From Octopus sinensis (taxonomy: Eukaryota): a stretch of 64,000 nt of DNA. Under the pieces are notes generated by a model, which saw only the letters and a program-made list of their open reading frames with translations, was not told where the DNA came from and did no database searches. A program made the translations under genes and the position numbers. This document shows positions 55,029-64,000 of this stretch, piece after piece. Within the stretch, counting starts at the first letter, position 1. Every line of letters begins with the position of its first letter. The DNA is taken from contig NC_043004.1 in assembly GCF_006345805.1 (NCBI RefSeq), positions 60,388,001-60,452,000 on the forward strand. Direction: 5' to 3'.

Positions 55029-56274
55029 AATAGAAATGGAATGGTGAACGTTCAGCGCTGAAGAGAAAACCCAAACGGCATTTAAAATCTGTTTGAGCAT
55101 CTGTGTGTATGTGTGTGCATGTATAAGGAAAATATGTGAATGTTTGTATGTGTGATTATTATGTTCCTTATTTTAGACCTTATTTATATATAAAATACCA
55201 TAATTAGCCGTAATTTTTGACCGCCCAGGGCCAGCTAGTATATAAATAATATGGCTTGACAATCCTAAAATAATACCTGTATATAGGCTTTATACTGAGT
55301 GTCTGAAATTGATATGACGGTCTAATTTAAAAATGGTGATTCGCATTATTTCTTCCTGTACTTTACGCTCATTCAAATCCTACCGTGAGGCTGGTTAGCC
55401 TTTCCTTCTTTGTGGATCGGTAAATAAAGTTACATTTCAATACTGGGATGAATAGCATCGTTCATCTCCCTCAAATGTGGTGGACTTGTTCCTTAATCAA
55501 AAATCTTTATCATTAATAGTTGTTGTAATAGCCGCTGAAACAGTAGTAGTTGAGGCAGCAGAAGCAGCAGCAGTGGCTAGCTAGATATGTTTCTTTATTA
55601 GCCACACAGGGCTGCACACAGACAGAACAAATTACAAGGTAGAGCTTTTCTTTTGGGGGTAAAAAAAAAGGGGGTTGGTTTTCGATCAAAAGGGATCGTA
55701 AAGGGAAAGAAAGAGGACAAAAAGGGGGGGGATTTTTTTTAAAGGGGGGAGAGGGAAAAAAAGAAAAGGGGAGAGGAAAAAAAGTTGATCAATAGGGATC
55801 GTAATCACAGAAATGTCAATATGAAGTGTAAAGGGGAGGACAGGTGAGGTTTACCCGTGGAAAGAAAAGCCTACGGAAAAGACCACGGTAACCTCGGTCA
55901 ATGAAGTCACATGTTATATTTCTTTTTTTTTTTTGCAAATAAGCAACTCTCTGTATTAATTTTTACGGTTCATAGAATTATAGTCAAGGTGGCTTCGTCA
56001 TTCATACGTGCCATCCTTGCTACATTCACCCATCTTTTTTTAAAACATTCACTAGACAAAACTTGCCTCTCTACTCTCACTTTCCTCTTCAAGTGATACT
56101 TGAAGAAGTTGATGAGAGATTGACCAGAGAGGAAAGTGTTTGTCTCTAATCTTTTCAGGCGCGTCCACCAGATACATTCTTTCGCCATAGCCACAAGTAT
56201 GATAAAAATAGCTCTTCCTTCCCGTTTGAAGGAAGGAGGCGTGACGATATTGACGATAGACTCGACTGATAAAC

Positions 56275-56446
56275 CGACGGATAGATAGATACCTACATAG
56301 ATAGATAATTAGACAGATAGATAGATACATACATACATAATTAGATAGAGAGATGAATGAATGCATGGATGGACGGATGGATGGTTGTATGGATGGATAG
56401 ATAGATAAACAGACAGACAGACAGACATACAGAGAGATAGACAGAC

Positions 56447-56503
<57 letters not shown>

Positions 56504-56528
56504 CATATATAGATAGATAGATAGATAT

Positions 56529-56619
<91 letters not shown>

Positions 56620-56780
56620 CCTACATAGGTAGATAATTAGACAGATAGATAGATACATACATACATACATACATATATAATTAGATAGAGAGATGAATGG
56701 ATGGACGGATGGACGGATGGATGGATGGTTGTATGGATGGATAGATAGATAAACAGACAGCCAGATAGACAGATAGATAG

Positions 56781-56849
<69 letters not shown>

Positions 56850-56850
56850 G
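56275..56850. repeat. Compound GATA/GGAT/GACA/CATA block containing a tandem duplication with period of about 330 bp
   Basis: ACCTACATAG.TAGATAATTAGACAG...GGTTGTATGGATGGATAGATAGATAAACAGACAG occurs at about 56290 and 56620. Confidence 0.85.
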
Positions 56851-59589
56851 TGCTATTACATGTACGAGGACTGTATTTGCCAAGCTATCTAATAGATAAG
56901 CCAATATTGGGTTGAGTCTATCTTGTTTTGTTTAAATTTCACACTCATCTTTTGTTCGCTTCCACTGATTAGTTCGTCTCTTTAAAGTTGTTTTTCTTTT
57001 CATCACAACTTGAAATGATTTCGCTTCTTATTCTTAATTATTTTCTCCTTGTTTCAACTCCTTTCACTTCTTCTTTCTCTCTCACTCTCCATTTACTTCT
57101 ACTGATCTTTGCATTAACGTTGATATTTTGCTTTTTGATCAGTTCTTTCGTTTTTCAACTATATGTTTTCTCCTTCATCTATTATTCGTCACATTTCAAT
57201 ATATTGTTAACTCTACTTTAGTACATTTTACAGCAGTTTTCTTCTATTGAATTTATTTGACACGATTTCTTTTCTTTCTAATTATATTTATTTACACATC
57301 CTATAACTACATCTTCTATATCAAACGCTGTTATAATTTCTCCTTCTATGATATATTTCCGTCTCTCATTTCAACTGTATTCAACCATAACTTCAAATAC
57401 TGTTTCCCGCTTTCTCCACATCTTTTTACAGTTCCTTTCTTAACTCAAATGAATATCTGCATTTCGTGGTTTCCACCTAGTCACGTTATATTGCAAATAC
57501 CTTTCAACCTCCCCCATATTTAATTTTACATTTTCGTTTTTATATTTCTGCTTTCATCCATTACGAATGAAAATACTGCTAACCTTTGTCGGATTACTCA
57601 TTGACGCTGTTCTCTCACCCTCGTTTACCACAATACTTCTCAAAATGTCACCGTTCTTGTACTTGCACTTTCAATATACTTTTACATTTCCATACCTTTT
57701 CACCTTTATAATTAAAAATTGTGTCAGTTTCTTTCTACTTTCGCTTTCACTATTGATATCATTCATTAATCTAATATCAAATTTTTGGTTTGTTTTATCT
57801 TTTTAACTAATAAGACGAAAAATAATGTTTTCCTCTTCTTTCATGTTCAAAAGTTTTACATCATTATTTTTTTTTACATATGGGTTTTGAAATATTTCTT
57901 TAATAAGTGACTCTTTCGTGTCTATGATTCTTCTTTTCTTTAATTCTAACAGTACCGCATTTCTTCTAAATTCATTTAATCTTCCGTTATATTGTAGAGC
58001 TTATTCCTGTCACTTTGCTTTTCTTTTCCTTTTTTCTTTTTTTTGAATCTTTCCTTCCGTATTTCCATCCGCTGAAAATTCTAAATCCATCATAAAAGTT
58101 CTGACAATTGCCAATCAGTTTTCTACTTCAAGTTCTAGTCAGCAGGGGTGACCGGCTTTTCATCTGACAAGCTCTGAAATCAAATCAAATCTTGTTCTTC
58201 CCACCTTAAAATATATTCTTATGAGAATTGATCAGCGTACCACAAAAGTGCCACTTATAGTCACACACACACACACATATGCTATCTCTCACTTACACAC
58301 TCACATATACACGCACTCATACATCTGCACATTCAAAGATGCTCACACTCATTCACCTATATCCATGCATATGGGTTCATCCCTTTATCTCTCATATTTC
58401 TATTTTCATTTAGTCTTCTAATGATCTTTTCATTTTTGCTCAAATATTAGTCGACTATCACATTCCTTTCTCACACGCTGACCTGTTGTTCTTTCTCATT
58501 TTCACCAATATTTTTTGCATGAAACTCTTCATTGTCACTTGTTCGTGGTTGGAGAAAAATATACTAATACAATCTCAGTCATCATCACCAATTCTACCAC
58601 ATTTCCAACTTCAAATACCAATATCATTATTGATCTTCATCCTCATTGACATCAACAAAATAGTAACAATTACCACAGCAAAATGGGCTAATGATATTAA
58701 TTACAACTATTGTTATATTTTTTAATAGCTTAATATTGTTACTCACCCATCATCCACCTTTAAGAAGATGGGGTAGGTATTGTTTTCCCGTGTAGTGGCT
58801 GTGGTGAAAGAGGTTGTGCGGCAGACGAGGCAAAAAAGGAATAAAGAAAGACACCTTCCTCTTCGGTGAAGCTCTTATCGGCATATTTAAATTTCACTGA
58901 GAATAAAGATGCTGAAGAAAGAGGTGCTATCTCCAAACATTCTGTGGAAATTTGGGTAACTATGGTACAAATTGCTAACCATGTGCCTATAGATTGGAGA
59001 GCAAGTGTGGGAAGAGAGCTTGTGTCTTTTGTGGTCAGGTTAATCCTAGATCTATAGAGTTATTTGTATCAAAACAACTGCATTAGGAGGACAGCATCAT
59101 TCATCTTATCACATAATTTATACCTTATAATTTTATCGCATTTCCTCGTCTTTTCCATTTTTTCTCTATATACTGTACATAAATCCCCCGCACACATTGT
59201 TATCTCCCTTAGTGATGTCCCCCTTATATATGCTCCTGCGGCTAACAAATGAAATCCCCCCTCTTGCTCATCCTTCCCCTCCTACTTCTTCATTAATATC
59301 GTTATTGTTGTTGATATTTGTTTGGATTTTGCTTTGTATTTGTACAAGTTGACTCCAATTCTTATCCTTGGATCTCATGAGACAGCGAGGTGGGAGTTTA
59401 AGTTGGTGTTATGACTAGGATGCCATACTTTTGGCTTTGCACAAAGTACTGTTGTCTGTCAAAACATGAGAATGTTTGTTGTAAGAGTAATATTTTTGGT
59501 AAGATGATAGTGTGACCTGAAGATGACAGCAATAGCTGCTTGCTATTATGTACATTTAAACGGACGTTTGAGACTATTCACGGATTAAA

Positions 59590-59870
59590 ATGGGATTAGA
59601 TAGACAATATATTTCGCAGGTTATGAGTAGTTCCAAAGAGCACATTTTTTTAAAATCTGTCTGATTTTGGGATTTGTTACATTTGGAATGCCAGTTTTGT
59701 TACTGAGTATGCAGCTTTCTTGTTTCCATACTTTAAAACAAGTTTTAGCATCCTGTCATCACAGTTTTTCAAGTAAATGTTTAGGCCAATTGTGGCAATA
59801 TTTTTAGTCAATTCAACTTGTAAGAGTCCACGGTCACCTTCTTTTCTTGGCAAGTAAAGTCTTTCTGCAC
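59590..59870 (-). mobile_element. R4/Dong-clade LINE fragment, 5' truncated and internally deleted
   Basis: ERLYLPRKEGDRGLLQVEL... joins almost directly to the C-terminal-type motif KNVLFGTTHNLRNILSI-stop. Confidence 0.75.
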
Positions 59871-61920
59871 ATTATTACTTTTTTCTCTTTTTCACTGGTT
59901 TTGTTGGACCTTCTGAAGGCTTGCATGCGTAGTGGGCTTACAACCTGCAGCCTACGGTACCATGCTATTCGTTCTTTTCAGCTATGAAATACTTCCCTGA
60001 TTATTCTGGCCGCGCGAAGGTCGTAAAACTATTGTAACAGTTCTACTGGGCACTCTATTCTAATTTCCTTTATATTCCTTTTGGTGCCTTCTGATACAGT
60101 TACCAAGGCCCCACCAGTAATTGGTACTGTCTTCACCTTCTTCATTTTCCATAGCCGGGCTATTTCATATCTGAGAGGGTTATATCTGTCTATTATTTTA
60201 TCTTCCTTCTTGACTATTCATGGGTCAAAGCGGAATGCAACCTCAACTATATAGCATATATTGTGCACCTAGTCCAACACCACTAGGTTCGTTCTGTTAT
60301 GCTCTAGCACCTGATCTATTTGGACTGGAAAATCCCAGAGGGTTTTGCTAGACTCCGACTCCACCAGTCTCTGTGGTTTGTGCTCATACCACGTCTTACC
60401 TCTTTCTAGCCCCCAAATTTCGCACAGTTTCCAATGTAGCGCTTTCGCTAACTGGTCGTGTCGCCACAGTTTGTAGTGGCTTTGGGCAAATCTAGGGCAT
60501 TCATTCGTAATATGGGCAAATATTTCATCCACGCTATTGCAGATGCGTCACAGCGGCGCCACTTGCTCATTCCTAAGATTGACCATCCTGTTTGTGGCCA
60601 AAGCTTGGTTTTGAGCTCCCAGGATAGTGCTCTCGGTCTGTTTTAAGTGCTCCTTTTATCAGCTAATCCCACCTATTTTTTCCAGCATTTTCTATCTTGG
60701 CTACATTGAATTGATTGAGTAGTCCCTTATTGCGTAGTTCTTCATGTCCCTTTTGCTCATCTTTCTTTGTTTTTCATTTTTTCTCAGCTTTCAGTACACT
60801 CGCGTTCATAACTGTCAGTAGCAAGGTTTCCTTACTTCAGGCTAGGTATCTCATTAAGCTCTCGAGTTTGATACACAAACAGTCTTCCTCACTTATCAGT
60901 CCCCTTTTTTCTGGTTGCTCTCTTCCTGTATAGGAGAACATGGATGATTAGCTCAATGCATCGTTAGGAGTTTTCTTCACTTCCTGTCCATCTCCTGTAG
61001 CTCACTGGGACGTGAGTTTATTGCCAAAATTATGTTTCTGGCATTCAGCTTGAAGCCAGTGTTTTTCTCACTAACCGAAGGTACTCTCTTTTTCCCCTTT
61101 TTTCATGTCATTGTGTTTGTTTACATCTACATCAAGTATTCCCAGGTATTTATAACTGGATTGAGGTTGGATTATTTCCATCGTCTCACCATTTCACAGC
61201 TATATGTCTTCTGTCCTGGCAAACTTTCCTCGTCTCATTACCATCGTAGCATATTTTGAGAGTCCAAACTCATTTTGATATTATTGGAGAAAATTCGCAC
61301 AGACTGAACTAGGCTATTCATGCACCCGCCTCAGTGTTGTTGAATAGCTTCATGTCTTCCATGAATAGCAAATCGTATAGTTTTCCTTTACTTCTTCCCA
61401 GATCATATCCCAACTTTGTTTCCTGCAGTATTCTACTCAAGGGGATCATTCCCAGCACGAATATTAGTGGGGACACACTGTCCCTCTGCAAGATTCCTTA
61501 CTTTATTTTCAGCTCTCATAGTAATTTCAGCCCTGCTGTGAATTCCGTTTTCCAGTGTTTCATGCTATTCTATATAAGGCTTCTCATATTCTCTACAACT
61601 CCATACATTTCCATTGTTCTTATTATCCAGGAGTGTGGTAACATATCGTACACTTTGCGATAGTCAACCCACGCTATGATCAGGTTTGCATGTTCTCTCT
61701 TAGATTATCAATTAAGAGCAAGTCCTTCGTTCCCCGACTCTTTCAATGGGTAGCAGCCCACTTTTTTCCAAGTATCTGTAAAGTTCACCGGCCAAAGCAC
61801 GTGACATTAGTTTTCACATTAGCGGAAGATATGTTATTGGTCTAAAGTTAGATGCACCATTTCCTTTTTCAGGATCTTTGCCTCGTAGCAATATATTTCC
61901 CTTTGTCAACCACGTGGGTA
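59871..61920 (-). mobile_element. Decayed 5'-truncated R4/Dong-clade non-LTR retrotransposon (RT, CCHC knuckle, restriction-like endonuclease)
   Basis: PTWLTKGNILLRGKDPEKGNGASNFRPITYLP; AWVDYRKVYDMLPHSWI; GILQRDSVSP; LLFMEDMKLF (YMDD equivalent); HITNECPRFAQSHYKLWRHD; LWDFPVQIDQVLEHNRTNLVV. Many stops and frameshifts. Confidence 0.9.
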
Positions 61921-61921
61921 C

Positions 61922-61922
<1 letters not shown>

Positions 61923-61955
<33 letters not shown>

Positions 61956-62075
61956 GAGTGAGAGAGTAGTACATGCCATCAATGTGACTCTAGGGTAAAA
62001 TATACGAAGCCCAGTATACCCATCATGACTACACATCTGGTAAGAGTAAACCAGGCACATGCATCACAACCATAT
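61923..62075 (-). mobile_element. Retroposon 3'-end fragment with (TAA)11 tail
   Basis: About 120 nt of unique sequence ends on the minus strand in CTCTCTCACTC(AAT)n. It resembles a common octopus repeat end from memory; the family cannot be assigned here. Confidence 0.5.
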
Positions 62076-62229
62076 CTTCTTCTTCTTCTTCTTCTTCTTC
62101 TTCTTCTTCTTCTTCTTCTTCTTCTTCTTCTTCTTCTTCTTCTTCTTCTTCTTCTTCTTCTTCTTCTTCTACGTCTTCTTCTTCTTCTTCTTCTACGTCT
62201 TCTTCTTCTTCTTCTTCTTCTTCTTCTTT

Positions 62230-62262
<33 letters not shown>
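62076..62262. repeat. (CTT)n with CTACGTC interruptions
   Basis: Direct reading. Confidence 0.95.
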
Positions 62263-62539
62263 ATTGCCATGTGCAGTCACTGATACTCGGGCTTACAAAA
62301 TGGCTTCATTGCATTCGTCTTTTGAGATCATTCCCTTATCGCGTTTCTTGCCATAATCTCTGAATGTTTGACAATTGATTGTGCTCTTCACCACATATCT
62401 CAACGTTTATTTCTTCAGTGCATCGGAAAATTGAGGAAAATTATTTGTCACTTATATTCCATTACATTACAATTTGAATAGAAATACCACCGAAGTTAAC
62501 GTTATTCTTATCCCCGAGATCAATAGAGAACTAGTGTGC

Positions 62540-62870
62540 TACTAAAAACAATGTTATCGACTTGCCGATATGATATACAAATTTAAGTTCCTCAAAAATC
62601 CCAGCAGTCTCATTGTGATGGACCTCCTTAACTTTCCGCCAACAAGAATAAATTCAGCAGTGACGTTCCACATTCTTTCTAGAATGCATAGTTGGTAATT
62701 CGCTTTAATTCTTTAACTCTAAGTGAAGATCACCAGGTTCTGAAATATCAATAATGTATGTTTAGGGACATTGATCGCAAATATGATGTCCAGTCGCTTA
62801 TAGTTGGTTACTCTGGGCGATTGTATATTAAAGTCCCACATACCTTTAGTGCTTCTCTGCTCTATAACTG
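62540..62870 (-). mobile_element. Highly decayed restriction-like endonuclease fragment of an R4/Dong-type LINE
   Basis: MWDFNIQSPRVTNYKRLDII, IDISEPGD and LERMWNV resemble the LWDF...RPDI...D...PGD...RLW pattern. Confidence 0.6.
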
Positions 62871-63261
62871 GCTAACCCTGCGTTTTTCAAATATAGCAAA
62901 TATGAAAAAATATATTTCTCTTGCGTAGATGACTACTGAGCAACTTGTTAAACGCTTTGCACTTAATGAATAATTTTTGTTTTCAATTATTTTACGCACA
63001 ATTAATTTAGCTGTATTCTAAAATTTAATTCGCTATTATATTCTATTTTAACTTTTGACGTTTGGGAAATATCGTAATGTAGCTATATGAGTATGCATGC
63101 ATACATATATACGCACACATACATGCATACACATAAATACATACACACACACATATATATACATGTATATACACATATATATAAATAATATATATATGCA
63201 AATATATATATATATATATACACACATATATATATTCGTATATGCGTATGAAACAATATGA

Positions 63262-63590
63262 GTAAAAAAACAATATGAAATACGAAAACAAATGAGTTCA
63301 ATACGCAAAGAACGCGAGAAACAAATGGAAAACAGGACAAGTAGCATAAAGAACGACCCTTCATCAGTTGTCGGCTGTCTCTCTACTCCTCATTTCGAGC
63401 ACTGAACGACAATATGAATCTTCGAATGCAGTTGCTCCCATAAATACCAAAATAAAATTCGGTATTTATGGAGGGTCAAAGTTGGGAACGAAACAGGACA
63501 GTGGAGACATACAAAGAAACCGAACAAAAACAAACACTGAAGGTCGTTAGACCAATACAAGGGTAAAGTATCTAACGCTAGAGAAAGATT
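63262..63590. repeat. Possible Penelope-like terminal-repeat fragment with an internal hairpin
   Basis: Hairpin CCATAAATACC/GGTATTTATGG at about 63438-63471; minus-strand CTGATGA at about 63360-63366 without a complete hammerhead; adjacent to TA-rich repeat. Confidence 0.3.
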
Positions 63591-63839
63591 TTCTTTACTT
63601 CTCTTAAGTATTCCCCAGCGAACAAGCCAGAAACCTCGATGTCTGGGAATCCAGATTGATGACAGTAGACAGATATGGAGCTTGTACGTCTTTTTCCCAC
63701 AAGAGAAAGTTCTCTCACCGGTAACTGCAGTGAATCTGGCTTTTAGCAGTTGAAATATGTCGCAAACTTATTTTAACTGATCAAGACATTGCTTATGCCT
63801 AAACTCTGATTGGCGCACATACATCGGTAGCATGTGTAC

Positions 63840-63947
<108 letters not shown>

Positions 63948-64000
63948 CGAGAGAGAAGAACCGTAAAAAAACTTATCTCCATGCGTGTTGAATGATCAAT

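Noticed and set aside
58800-59260. Possible CR1-type endonuclease remnant on the minus strand (LYRS, MFGD)
   Set aside because: The motifs are too short and scattered over different frames to support without an alignment.

Overview
Very AT-rich, microsatellite-saturated eukaryotic non-coding DNA (intergenic or large intron). The repeat repertoire resembles an octopod cephalopod genome; that assignment is inferred from remembered repeat sequences, not from a database search. I find no complete host protein-coding gene, and most listed ORFs are microsatellite translations. Supported content: three tRNA-derived SINE families (about 15 copies, several with TSDs), decayed mariner and Tc1 transposases, a Helitron Rep remnant plus a non-autonomous Helitron, and a same-strand stack of R4/Dong-type (RT plus restriction-like endonuclease) LINE fragments at 59.4-62.9 kb. 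The most interesting signal is a set of short, non-coding, fold-back or tandem-repeat elements, mostly embedded in (TA)n tracts. They carry type I hammerhead ribozyme motifs with palindromic stem III at 4.2, 5.7/5.9, 6.2, about 7.0 (decayed), 20.8 and 30.6/31.1 kb, in at least five mutually dissimilar sequence families. They look like Penelope-like pLTR or retrozyme-type elements. Two show repeat units of about 480-505 nt, and in one the fold-back junction sits exactly at the predicted self-cleavage site. All structures were folded by eye.
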